Source: Buchnera sp. (in: enterobacteria)
GTDB taxonomy: Bacteria; Pseudomonadota; Gammaproteobacteria; Enterobacterales; Enterobacteriaceae
Direction: 5' to 3'
Length of the DNA: 33,538 nucleotides
NCBI GenBank assembly: GCA_035577605.1
Contig: DATLVK010000102.1
Span: 1-33,538 of the forward strand
Shown: one piece after another, positions 1 to 9,635 of the stretch
Layout: every line of letters starts with the position of its first letter
Position numbering within the stretch: position 1 is the stretch's first letter
The notes under the pieces: generated by a model
What the model saw: the letters and a program-made list of their open reading frames with translations, nothing else
What the model was told of the DNA's origin: nothing
The model's database searches: none
Made by a program: the position numbers and the translations under genes

Positions 1-141
1 ATTTTAATGAAGATATTATTAAATAGGAAAAAATATGAATAAAGAAATAGAAGAAGCATCATTAGTTTTTATAAAAAAATTTTATAAAAATATGGAAAAT
101 TTTGTAATAGATTTAGATAAACTATTTAAAGAAAAAAAAAT
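1..141 (+). repeat. 141-bp terminal direct repeat, left copy (circular assembly overlap)
   Basis: 1-141 is identical to 33398-33538; the ORF starting at 35 restarts at 33432. Confidence 0.97.
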
Positions 142-355
142 AAAAGATAAAGATATTTTTGAAATAATAGATGTATCAATTAAAGGTTTATTTATAACTC
201 ATATTGATAGAATGATATCCATAATTATGGATCAAGACATTGAATTTATTGATAAATTAGATTCAGCAAAACTTTATATTATTTCTACTAGTGAAATGAT
301 AAATAATATATTAGATATGAATAATATAAAAATTGAAAATAGAATTTTAAATTAA
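35..355 (+). CDS. Hypothetical protein
   Basis: 106-aa ORF with AGGA SD, lying between the AAA ATPase (across the junction) and the DUF669-like gene. Confidence 0.75.
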   Translation: MNKEIEEASLVFIKKFYKNMENFVIDLDKLFKEKKIKDKDIFEIIDVSIKGLFITHIDRMISIIMDQDIEFIDKLDSAKLYIISTSEMINNILDMNNIKIENRILN

Positions 356-364
356 GGAGCTTTT

Positions 365-775
365 ATGAATGTATCAAATTATGAAATAGAACCATTAACT
401 GAAGAAGAGGCATTAGGATTATTAGAAAATGGAAATTATAAAGCAAAAATAAATGACATAGAAATAAAATCATCAAAAAGTGGAACAAAATATCCAGTAG
501 TTAATTTAGATGTATTTGATAAAAATAATAACATTAAAAAATTTAATGATTGGTTATCATTGCCTCATAAGATTAAACATATTTGTGATTCATTAGGTTT
601 TGAAGAAGATTATAAAAATAGAAATTTTCCAATTTCAAAAATAAATGGTAAATTTATAACTGTCAAAATATCTATATCTAAACCTACTGATAAATATCCT
701 ATTCCAAGAAATAATATAATAGATTATTTACCCATAGAAAATAATTATGATTTAAATGATGATTTAATTTTTTAA
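365..775 (+). CDS. DUF669-like single-stranded DNA-binding protein
   Basis: LLENGNYKAKINDIEIKSSKSG start, acidic C-terminal tail (DLNDDLIF), AAGGAG SD, near AAA_24 ATPase. Confidence 0.65.
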   Translation: MNVSNYEIEPLTEEEALGLLENGNYKAKINDIEIKSSKSGTKYPVVNLDVFDKNNNIKKFNDWLSLPHKIKHICDSLGFEEDYKNRNFPISKINGKFITVKISISKPTDKYPIPRNNIIDYLPIENNYDLNDDLIF

Positions 776-839
776 AAAAATTGATAAATTTCTAAAAATA
801 ATTTAAAATATTACATTTGAATTATATATAAGGGATTAT

Positions 840-1109
840 ATGAAAAATACATTGATTTTTGTTTCAATTTTGTTGATTTTTATAATTCCTGTAAAATCTA
901 TAGCCTGTTATTATGATGAAAATTGCGATGTAACTGATATGTTTTCAGAATATATTGATCAAAATTCTTCTTCGGAAGATAGTAAAACTACATCTATTCA
1001 CGAAAAAGAATACATTTTTGAAATATATCCATATATTAATATTAAATATAATTCAAAAGAACTTAATGACGAAGATAAAGAGATTAAAAATGCCTCTGAA
1101 AAAAGGTAA
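840..1109 (+). CDS. Small acidic secreted/periplasmic protein
   Basis: MKN + hydrophobic stretch + S-I-A cleavage-like site, followed by two Cys. Confidence 0.6.
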   Translation: MKNTLIFVSILLIFIIPVKSIACYYDENCDVTDMFSEYIDQNSSSEDSKTTSIHEKEYIFEIYPYINIKYNSKELNDEDKEIKNASEKR

Positions 1110-1233
1110 ATCAAATAAAATTATTTCTGAAAATATTAAAACAGAAATAAAACATGGAAAACCTAAAAAACAAGCTGTTGCAATTGCAATGTCTAAAGCT
1201 AATAAATCAAATAAAAAGAAAAAAGCCCGTTAA
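1090..1233 (+). CDS. Small Lys-rich basic phage protein (MPLKKGKS...KQAVAIAMSKA)
   Basis: Start re-called to ATG 1090 inside track ORF 955..1233; pattern is familiar from environmental phages. Confidence 0.75.
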   Translation: MPLKKGKSNKIISENIKTEIKHGKPKKQAVAIAMSKANKSNKKKKAR

Positions 1234-1243
1234 TCGGGCTTTT
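1221..1243. terminator. Bidirectional intrinsic terminator
   Basis: AAAAGCCCG-TTAAT-CGGGCTTTT between convergent genes. Confidence 0.85.
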
Positions 1244-1367
1244 GTTCATCAATTAAAGGTAAATTTCTTAGTATATCTAAAGCATTTAATACATTTTTTG
1301 CTGGAAATTCAAGCAAAATAGAAGCAATTTGTTGAACTTGATTTTCATTTATATTAAATTTTTTCAT
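1230..1367 (-). CDS. 45-aa hypothetical protein, last gene of the structural operon
   Basis: MKKFNINENQVQQIASILLEFPAKNVLNALDILRNLPLIDEQKPD, AAAGGA SD; below the track cutoff. Confidence 0.65.
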   Translation of the reverse strand: MKKFNINENQVQQIASILLEFPAKNVLNALDILRNLPLIDEQKPD

Positions 1368-1379
1368 TTAATATCCTTT

Positions 1380-1976
1380 TTATAAATTAAGTTGTTGCAA
1401 ACTAACAAATGATACAGAGCTTCCCAATCCAGAAATAGATGATAAAATTTTATAACTTGAACCTAATGGAATAATGGAGTTCAATGTATTATCTATTGTA
1501 GCTGCTATTCCTGATAAACTTATAGTTGCAATTGTATTATATCCTGATCCTGAATCTATTTGAAGAGTTGCACTAGCGCTTCCAGCAATAACACTTGTTA
1601 ATCCTATTGTAGCAATAATATGAGTATCATTAGTCAAACTTGGTGTGTATACAGTTGAAAAAGATGGACTATTAACAATAGAATAAGACCTAGATGTATT
1701 CAATTGAGAATTTTTTAAATTAATTGGAATAAAATTATTAAAATTAATATCATTTATCTCTTTTTTCCAAATCATTGAATTAAAAGTATTATCTATGCAC
1801 CACCATAAATCACCAGTAATAGTATTAAACCATGAATATTTAAAATCTGGAATATTAACATAAACTCCAACTCCTAAATTTGTAGGATCAAGAACATCTA
1901 GTTCTGTTGAAGTTGGATCGCGATCACATAAATAATAAAATGATCCATATCCTGTTAATAAAGTTGGGTTACCCAT
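1380..1976 (-). CDS. Putative tail-associated protein
   Basis: Follows the large fibre gene; Ser/Thr-rich beta-type C-terminus; start re-called to MGNP with AAGGAA SD. Confidence 0.6.
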   Translation of the reverse strand: MGNPTLLTGYGSFYYLCDRDPTSTELDVLDPTNLGVGVYVNIPDFKYSWFNTITGDLWWCIDNTFNSMIWKKEINDINFNNFIPINLKNSQLNTSRSYSIVNSPSFSTVYTPSLTNDTHIIATIGLTSVIAGSASATLQIDSGSGYNTIATISLSGIAATIDNTLNSIIPLGSSYKILSSISGLGSSVSFVSLQQLNL

Positions 1977-1977
1977 T

Positions 1978-4900
1978 TTAAATTCCTTTGAATAATGCAA
2001 CAGTTAAAGTTGAAGTATCTAAAGCACTACTTGATGTCACAGTAAAAGAACCAGATGCAATATTAAGCCTATATCCAGTACCTGGAGTTCCTCCAGAAGT
2101 AACAACTGCTACAGTTCCCGAACATGACGTAGTAACAAATGAATCATTTACCGTTGCTGTTCCAGTAGACAATACTACGCTAGTAACAAATGCAGCATTT
2201 GCAGTTCCAGCAGACACAGGAGCGCTTTTTATTTGCAATCCTTTATTTACCGTATTAATTATTAAATTGCCATTTGCTGCAACATCACCAATACTTGTCA
2301 TAAATAATCCAGTAGAATAGCTAACAGCTGATCCTTGCGCTATTCCAGCAGAATAATTAAATTGAAGTTGGTTAGATAAATGTACAATTTGAAAATTACT
2401 TCCGCTATAAGAAGAAATATTATTTGATCCATTCCAAAAAGAATCAAAATTTATGGCCTGATTTCCATGAGCATCATGAAATAAAGATAAACCAGGATAT
2501 CCATCAGCAGTCGTATAAAATTTTAATGAATTATTTGTTGTTCCATCTGTACCATATAAATTTAAAACGCCTGGTGTTTGAAATGTTTGAGATGAACTAT
2601 TAGCACCAACATATAAATGAACCCCACTTGAATCATAAAATAAGTGAGTATTATCTTGAGAAATAGCTCCGCTTACTCCAGAAAATATTACGCTTCCACT
2701 AGTTAATCCCGATAAAGTTAATGCGGTAGTTGTTAATAAATTTGTGCTTGGATTAAATGTTAGACCTGTTCCTAAATTAAATGGCTGATTTCCATTAGTT
2801 GATGATGCAGCAAAAATTGGAAAATAACTAGCATTATTAGATACACTAACAGTAGCTCCATTATTTGCATTAGTAGCCGTGGTTGCTGTAGTTGCAGTAG
2901 TAGCGCTAGTTGCTGTAGTGGCATTTCCAGATAAACTAGCCGTAATTGTTCCAGCAGAAAAATTACCTGAACTATCTCTTGAAACAATAGTGCTCGCAGT
3001 ATTTGCATCAGTATAAGCTAAAGATATTAAATTTTTAGATGAATCTGTTACAACAGCCTGAGAAGCAGTAAGAGAAGATATTCTAGCAGTTTTACTTGTT
3101 CCTGTAATAATAATATTACCACCTGGAACTGTAACATCATAAGATGTTTGTCCTAATGCCATTACTACCTGACTTCCTGAAAAGCTTCTAAAAATAAGAT
3201 CATCTGCATTAGAAGTTAAAGCAGCAGTTCCAGGAAACATAGCGCTAATCCATTTAGCTATTCCAGCGGTATCCCATTGATAAGCTGCTAATCCATTAGT
3301 TTGATCCCCTCTACTTGATCTATATACAGAAAAATTACTTATTCCTGATGAAGAAGTACTTAAAATATATTGTATGCTTGGTCCTGAAGTAGAAGCTGTA
3401 AAAACGCTTCCACTCCAAGTAAGAGCATTAGAATTAACAATATTAGTGCCATTATAATAAAGTATTCCATTAGTAGATGAAAAATTAGAAGTATTAAAAT
3501 CTGCTGTAATATTTGATCCAGAAGTTCCAATATTTAAAGTACTATTAGGACTTGTAATATTAAGAGCTCCGGTTAATCCATTAAGACTTGCAACTCCAGC
3601 AGAAGTTCCTCCAACATCTCCAACTTTATTAACTGAAAAAGCAATCACAGATAAATCTATTTGATTATTAGCAGCACTTGTGCTTGAAGCGCTTCTAACT
3701 ACTGGAAATACAATATCATTAGGACTTAAAGTTACTTGAAATGATAAAATAACAGGAGGAGTTTTTTCTCCCGGAAAAACTGTAAAAGGAATATCTGATC
3801 CACTATGATAACCCATTCCTGAAACAATAGGATTAATAGGTAAAAATCCTCCTCTTCCATCTCCAGTTAAATTTAAGTTTGCACTTAAATAATAATCTGT
3901 TGATGAAGGATTAGTATTAGTAGCATCATAATAAAACACACATGTCATATCTATTTGATAAGTACCGGCTTCAGTTCCTACATTTTTTATCCCAACTTGA
4001 CCTATTCCAAAAGGATTAGTAGTGTAAAACTGTATATTATTTACATTATTAACTAAAGGAACATTATTAGCGAATGGAATTAAATAAAAGTCTAAAAGTG
4101 CAAATGAAATTGGACTTACAATACCTGAATCTACTACATAACCATATCCTACTGATGGACCTGTTCCAGTTAAAGAAATAACTCCATTAGTTATGTCAAT
4201 TCCATCTCCAGCAGTAACATCTACCGGATTAGTTGATCCATCCCATGATTCAACAACAATAGGAATATTAACAAATCCATTCATACCATTTATTGACAAA
4301 ACATAAGGCTGGCTTATCCAAAATCCAGGGCCAAGATCTGAAATAAGTAATAATCTATAATATTGATTATTTTCAATGTCAGTAAAAGTCTGTGATCCAT
4401 CGCTATTTTTAAGATGTACTGTAGCAGTTCCGATAGATTGGAAATAAATGCTTTGACCTGGTGTTAATGATCCTATTTCTCCAAAATTATTAGGTAATAT
4501 TATTGTATTTCCAGGGTTATCTACAACTAAAGAAATATTAGTTGGAGGAGGATTAGTTATTGTATAAAAACCACCAGAAAAATCACTATCTGAAATAGTA
4601 AAAAATGGCTCTCCTAATCCTAAATTTATATATGATTGGTTTACATTAGCTACATCAGATAAATTATTAGCAACAGTTAAAAATGGTCCGCCAGAACTAG
4701 TTCCTGTAACATTAAAAATTTTAATATTATCTAATCCTATTTCTCTTGGAAGTGGCTCTACTAAAACAAACATATTTCCAGCTAAAGTATTTCCAGCGCT
4801 TACCGAAAAAGATTGACCAACTTTCAATTGTTCAATTGATTGAAAATCATTAGACCTCTGAATTTTCCATTTTGTAATTGAGCTCCCAGTATTAACTACA

Positions 4901-5127
4901 TCATAAATTCCATTTTCATTAGCATGAGTTTGATTAAATAAAAATATTCTATCCCCTACTTGAGCAATGACGCCATCAACAGATAATAATCCATTAGTTA
5001 CAGATGTTAAAGTTGAAGAAATTCCATTATTTAATTCACCATTAAAATATGTTCCTGATAAATTATTAGGAGATGATAATCTAACTGGTGTAACAATTGG
5101 ATAAAGATTAAATGACGTCACAGTCAT
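1978..5127 (-). CDS. Large tail fibre / receptor-binding protein
   Basis: 1049 aa, Gly/Ser/Thr/Asn-rich; NNLSDV, GVASLNGLTG and ASTIVSRDSSGNFSAGTITA fibre motifs. Confidence 0.8.
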   Translation of the reverse strand: MTVTSFNLYPIVTPVRLSSPNNLSGTYFNGELNNGISSTLTSVTNGLLSVDGVIAQVGDRIFLFNQTHANENGIYDVVNTGSSITKWKIQRSNDFQSIEQLKVGQSFSVSAGNTLAGNMFVLVEPLPREIGLDNIKIFNVTGTSSGGPFLTVANNLSDVANVNQSYINLGLGEPFFTISDSDFSGGFYTITNPPPTNISLVVDNPGNTIILPNNFGEIGSLTPGQSIYFQSIGTATVHLKNSDGSQTFTDIENNQYYRLLLISDLGPGFWISQPYVLSINGMNGFVNIPIVVESWDGSTNPVDVTAGDGIDITNGVISLTGTGPSVGYGYVVDSGIVSPISFALLDFYLIPFANNVPLVNNVNNIQFYTTNPFGIGQVGIKNVGTEAGTYQIDMTCVFYYDATNTNPSSTDYYLSANLNLTGDGRGGFLPINPIVSGMGYHSGSDIPFTVFPGEKTPPVILSFQVTLSPNDIVFPVVRSASSTSAANNQIDLSVIAFSVNKVGDVGGTSAGVASLNGLTGALNITSPNSTLNIGTSGSNITADFNTSNFSSTNGILYYNGTNIVNSNALTWSGSVFTASTSGPSIQYILSTSSSGISNFSVYRSSRGDQTNGLAAYQWDTAGIAKWISAMFPGTAALTSNADDLIFRSFSGSQVVMALGQTSYDVTVPGGNIIITGTSKTARISSLTASQAVVTDSSKNLISLAYTDANTASTIVSRDSSGNFSAGTITASLSGNATTATSATTATTATTATNANNGATVSVSNNASYFPIFAASSTNGNQPFNLGTGLTFNPSTNLLTTTALTLSGLTSGSVIFSGVSGAISQDNTHLFYDSSGVHLYVGANSSSQTFQTPGVLNLYGTDGTTNNSLKFYTTADGYPGLSLFHDAHGNQAINFDSFWNGSNNISSYSGSNFQIVHLSNQLQFNYSAGIAQGSAVSYSTGLFMTSIGDVAANGNLIINTVNKGLQIKSAPVSAGTANAAFVTSVVLSTGTATVNDSFVTTSCSGTVAVVTSGGTPGTGYRLNIASGSFTVTSSSALDTSTLTVALFKGI

Positions 5128-5148
5128 AATATATTACTCCATGTAATA

Positions 5149-5898
5149 TTATTGAGGAGCTATAAATGCTACATAATTTAATGTACAAGTAGCGCCAGGA
5201 TCAGCACTAAAAGTTACGTCAAAACTTCCAGAACCAGCTACTGCTTTTATAACAGAAGCAGGATTACTAGAAGTAGCAATAGTGGCAACTACAATACTCG
5301 AAGCTGTCATTCCAGTTACAGGAACAGTAATAGGTCCTGCGCCAGCTCCACCAATATTTCCAGTAGTAGCAGATTTAATATTAGCAGAAGATTGAGCTCC
5401 CAAATTAGTTCTAGCAGTTGCAGCATTTGATACATCAGATAAATTATTTGATGCAACCAAAAAAGTACTTCCTGACGGAACAGAAACAGGATTAAATACT
5501 AAATCATCTATCCCTAATGCTGCTGGCAATGGTTCACATACTACCCATGAACTACCAGCCAATGTAGAGCCCGCACCAACAGTTACTATTTGACCTGTTT
5601 GTATTTGTTCAATTGATTGAAAATCAGCTCTTCGAGTAAAAACAGTCGGAGCTCCTATAGTAGTAACTTGATAAATTCCATTCTCATTTTCATTAGTTTG
5701 ATTAGCAAGCAATACATAATCATTTAATAATAAAGGAATATTATCTACGTTAGGCCATCCAGCAGAAACAGTTAATGTCGCTTGTAGACCTGTATTCAAT
5801 GGGCCATTATAATAAATTCCTGGAATATTTCCTTCTGCAGTTAATCTAACTGGAGTTAAAACTGGGTAAAAATTATAAAATGTTAAAGATGTAGTCAT
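5149..5898 (-). CDS. Short tail fibre, paralogous to the N-terminus of the large fibre
   Basis: Shares YP..TPVRL, NENGIY, DFQSIEQ and NNLSDV with 1978..5127; start re-called to MTTSL with AAGGAG SD. Confidence 0.8.
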   Translation of the reverse strand: MTTSLTFYNFYPVLTPVRLTAEGNIPGIYYNGPLNTGLQATLTVSAGWPNVDNIPLLLNDYVLLANQTNENENGIYQVTTIGAPTVFTRRADFQSIEQIQTGQIVTVGAGSTLAGSSWVVCEPLPAALGIDDLVFNPVSVPSGSTFLVASNNLSDVSNAATARTNLGAQSSANIKSATTGNIGGAGAGPITVPVTGMTASSIVVATIATSSNPASVIKAVAGSGSFDVTFSADPGATCTLNYVAFIAPQ

Positions 5899-5921
5899 AT
5901 ATTTCTCCTTAAAAAAATTAT

Positions 5922-6224
5922 TTAACTTCCCCACACCAAACCTGATGCAGTTGTCCCTGTAGTATTTATTTTTGTAGAATAAATGTTGTGCCATCTTCCA
6001 GCAGCAGCATTAGTGAGAATCTGAGTAGTTCCATCCCACTTTACATAAGATATGTTACCAGAAGTACCAACCCATAACCAGCTTGAAAATTCAGTATTAC
6101 CATTAGTTCCATATGGAACATCAAGAGTTACATTTCCACTTCTAGCAGGACCTGTAGCCAATCTAAAAGGACCTGTATATAAATTAGGGTCTAAAGGTGG
6201 TATATTTATAAATTGATTAGCCAT
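5922..6224 (-). CDS. Small putative virion structural protein
   Basis: 100 aa, Gly/Thr-rich, AGGAG SD, inside the tail module. Confidence 0.65.
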   Translation of the reverse strand: MANQFINIPPLDPNLYTGPFRLATGPARSGNVTLDVPYGTNGNTEFSSWLWVGTSGNISYVKWDGTTQILTNAAAGRWHNIYSTKINTTGTTASGLVWGS

Positions 6225-6232
6225 AAAATCTC

Positions 6233-7816
6233 CTAAAGTTTAATCATAAAAGTTAAATAAGAAGTAGATTGAATAATATTAATTGGTTGTTGGCCAGTAT
6301 AACCAGAAATAGTTCCTGTATTAAATGATCTTCCGGCTGTGCCAGCACCTGCTAAACAATTTCCACCTCCTCCAGTAAGAGTAAGAAAATCTACAGCATT
6401 ACCCGGTCCATTATGAAGATGATTAGGTATTTGGTCTAATGTTAAAGATTCAGAGTCAGCTCCTACAAAAGTTCCTATAGGATGAACTACTCCACCACCA
6501 GAAAAAGCATTACCAATAACTCTATTTAATGATATGGGCAATCTTATAGATTTATTTGCATCCCAATCAGCTTGTGCGCTTCCTAATCTAGTTGTTTGAA
6601 CACCACCGCTAGTAAAAACTGGACATAATGTATTTGGAATAGCATTCCATATTTTATTATATAGAAACCAAGTATCTATATTGGCCCTAGTGATAGCATT
6701 AGACAATGCATTCCCTATGGTTCCATCATTCATATATATCCAACCTGGTTCTATCATCATTGGAAGATATGAAACAAATTTTGTTGATCCAGTCCTTGGT
6801 GTTTGTATTAATGAATTTATTTGTTCATTAGATTCTAAATCAGAAATTAAATAATTATTTCCTATATATAAAGATGGTTTAGCTATATCAATATTACAAT
6901 TAGAATTAGTAGGAAATCTTATTTGAATATATGTACCATCATCACCTGTGCTTCCAATTGTAAATAGAGATACATTAGGTATAGTAAAATTAACTATATA
7001 TCTAGCCCAATTATTGGTTAAAGTAATTAATCCAGCATTAAAAAAATTAGTTGAGCTAGCTCCAGTTCCAGTTCCAAAATATTGTTCAATATATAATTGT
7101 AAAGTATTTGCGCCAACCCCATTAGTTCTAGCCCATATAGAGAAAGTCATTTCCTGATCTTCTAATGTATTTACATCAGGATTTATTGGTATTTGTATTC
7201 CTTTTCTAGTTTCAGAAAATGCATTAGATGTATAATTTAAAAAATATAAGGGAGCTACATCTCCAGTTAATGGATTTGATCCTAATGAAAATTTATTGAA
7301 TGTAATTGTATCATTAGCTCCCATATTGGTATTAAAAAATGTTATATCTGGAGTAAAAAATTGACTATGAGAGCTAGGAGCAATAATAGTTCCATCTGGT
7401 ATGGATGGACCTATTAATCCTAACCCATTTCCTTGATTATATAAAAATGATCCATTAACTATATAATTTTTTAAATTTATATTAGTAGTTACAGTTCCAC
7501 CACCAGAAGCAGTAACTCCAGGATAATTATTTATTTGATAAACTAAATTATCATCTTTATCATATATTTGTATAAAATAAAATTCTTCAGGCAATGAATC
7601 ATCAAATTCCCAATAAAATGGCCCAGAAGTACCATTTAAATCAAATAAAACAGGCTGAGTCCATGGCAATGTTCCGCCAGCATCTTGAAATACAGGCTTA
7701 TATTCCGTTAAATTAAGACTACTATAAGTGTACATTTTTCCTGAACCGAGAGGCTTTCCAGAATCATCGGGAAGATACCAAAATGGAACTGGAGCTAAAC
7801 TATAGGTTTTTGTCAT
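6233..7816 (-). CDS. Tail protein with head-binding-like N-terminus and tail-collar-like C-terminus
   Basis: GKPLGSGKMYTY...QPVLFDLNG N-terminus; PGWIYMNDG...IRLP and VGADSESLTLDQIPNHLH C-terminal motifs; start re-called to MTKTY. Confidence 0.7.
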   Translation of the reverse strand: MTKTYSLAPVPFWYLPDDSGKPLGSGKMYTYSSLNLTEYKPVFQDAGGTLPWTQPVLFDLNGTSGPFYWEFDDSLPEEFYFIQIYDKDDNLVYQINNYPGVTASGGGTVTTNINLKNYIVNGSFLYNQGNGLGLIGPSIPDGTIIAPSSHSQFFTPDITFFNTNMGANDTITFNKFSLGSNPLTGDVAPLYFLNYTSNAFSETRKGIQIPINPDVNTLEDQEMTFSIWARTNGVGANTLQLYIEQYFGTGTGASSTNFFNAGLITLTNNWARYIVNFTIPNVSLFTIGSTGDDGTYIQIRFPTNSNCNIDIAKPSLYIGNNYLISDLESNEQINSLIQTPRTGSTKFVSYLPMMIEPGWIYMNDGTIGNALSNAITRANIDTWFLYNKIWNAIPNTLCPVFTSGGVQTTRLGSAQADWDANKSIRLPISLNRVIGNAFSGGGVVHPIGTFVGADSESLTLDQIPNHLHNGPGNAVDFLTLTGGGGNCLAGAGTAGRSFNTGTISGYTGQQPINIIQSTSYLTFMIKL

Positions 7817-9635
7817 TATCATCTTCCTTATTTGAAACAGATAATGTTCCAGGAAATAACTTACCAAATAAATCAGATAACTTTTTTTCTTTTTGGTAAG
7901 AGTTTTTTTCTAAATTAATATTTTTTAAATCTTTTATCCAATCATCACTTCTAATATATTCAATAGCTTTAACATTCCTCTGAGAACCAACTAATTCATG
8001 TAAATTTTCATATATTTCATTAATCCATCCTCTCGCCTGATCTAAAGCACTTTCTGATCTAAAAGAAGAAGAAGATGGTTTTTCTAAATTAATTAAACTA
8101 TGCCATGCATTTTTCATATCTTTTAATTTTTGTTGAGCATCAGGAACATTTTTCAATGAATCATGTAATTCATTGAATTTATTTTCATTTTTAATAAATT
8201 TTTTATAAAATTCTTTTCCATTAATTTCTCCTGTTTTTAATTTTTCTTCCATTTTTCTTCTTATTATTTTTTTCTGAGCTTCCTCTCTCGCTTGTTTATA
8301 TGTTGGATTATTTTCATCCAAAACTCGTTCCATATTATTTCTAACATTTGTTAATACAGATGCCTCTTCCTTTTTTCCTGATTTAATTAAACTTTTTTCT
8401 TCATCAGATATAGATTTTTTAACTTTGTCTAAATATGCATAATTATTTTCTGGTATTCCTTTTAATTTACTTTGCCATCTAGTATTATTTTTTACATTAT
8501 CAAATGCTTCTGAAATTACAGGATCATTTTTAAAAGAATCAACTAAATCTTTATCTAAATCTAATTGATAAGATTTTTCATATAATTTATTTATTTTTTG
8601 ATCAGATGATATTGATTTATCATATATATCATTTAATAAAGAATTTATTGCTGTTTTTTCTTTATTCTTTCTTTCCATAGATAATTTAACATTTCTTGAA
8701 GATGCTTCTGAAGTTCTCGCATAATTTCCTTCTATTTTTCCCGTAAAAGGATTTGAACTTGCCTCTGAAGGACGCAATGGAGTCCCTAGTCTTTGAGATG
8801 CTTCTATAGAAGGATAAACATCTTCATATCTCAATCCTTTCAAGGATTCTTGACCAGGAATTGATCTATCTATTCCAAGAATTTTTAATAATTTAGGAGA
8901 TAATGTACCAGCGGTAACACCAGCTTCTGCTCCTTTTTTTCCTCCAAAACCATATCCAATAGCTCCTCCAGCGGAACCTCTTGCTAATAAAGATAATAAT
9001 TTATTATCTGATCCGGCTAATTTTCCAGCTCCTGCTCCAAAAGCTCCTAATGATGCTCCCAATCCTTGATCTTCAGGATTCATTAATGATCCTAATAAAG
9101 CATTCGAAGTAATAGATTTAGCAGTTTTTCCAGTTAACATCTTAAATAATTTATTTTCAGATGAGCTTTTTTCTAATATATCAGATGCTTTTTTAATTGC
9201 ATTAGCTATCTCAGGTATTTTTTGTATATGAGCCGCTGTTTGAGTAGCTAATCCAGATTTTCCAATTAATCCTGGTCCAAAAAATGAAGCTAATTCTCCT
9301 ATTCCTGCATTAATATTATTAGGAGCAAAATCAAATCCTTTTTTTTCTTTTATATTTAAACCTGGAATTAAATTTAAACCTTTTGCTCCTAAATTATATA
9401 GTCCTGGTCCTATATTTGCCAAACCTTGAGCAGCTCCAGAAGTAAAATCAGCAACTCCTTGAACATAATTTCTTACTGGTTTATTAATATTTTCTTCTGC
9501 AAATTGTCCTGCTTTTTCTAGATAAGATTTTTCAGGTTGTTTTTTTTGTATTAAAATAGCGCCTTCTCTAACTGGATCAAATTTATTATTTGATATTAGA
9601 GATGCCCCTTCTTTAATTGGATCAAAATCATACAT
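7800..9635 (-). CDS. DNA ejection protein (positional analogue of P22 gp16)
   Basis: 611 aa; Gly/Ala-rich N-half and helical charged C-half; third gene of the ejection cluster. Confidence 0.6.
   Translation of the reverse strand: MYDFDPIKEGASLISNNKFDPVREGAILIQKKQPEKSYLEKAGQFAEENINKPVRNYVQGVADFTSGAAQGLANIGPGLYNLGAKGLNLIPGLNIKEKKGFDFAPNNINAGIGELASFFGPGLIGKSGLATQTAAHIQKIPEIANAIKKASDILEKSSSENKLFKMLTGKTAKSITSNALLGSLMNPEDQGLGASLGAFGAGAGKLAGSDNKLLSLLARGSAGGAIGYGFGGKKGAEAGVTAGTLSPKLLKILGIDRSIPGQESLKGLRYEDVYPSIEASQRLGTPLRPSEASSNPFTGKIEGNYARTSEASSRNVKLSMERKNKEKTAINSLLNDIYDKSISSDQKINKLYEKSYQLDLDKDLVDSFKNDPVISEAFDNVKNNTRWQSKLKGIPENNYAYLDKVKKSISDEEKSLIKSGKKEEASVLTNVRNNMERVLDENNPTYKQAREEAQKKIIRRKMEEKLKTGEINGKEFYKKFIKNENKFNELHDSLKNVPDAQQKLKDMKNAWHSLINLEKPSSSSFRSESALDQARGWINEIYENLHELVGSQRNVKAIEYIRSDDWIKDLKNINLEKNSYQKEKKLSDLFGKLFPGTLSVSNKEDDNDKNL

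Noticed and set aside
2865-2945. Thr/Ala codon repeats (ATTATSATTATTATTAT)
   Set aside because: Ordinary low-complexity fibre linker
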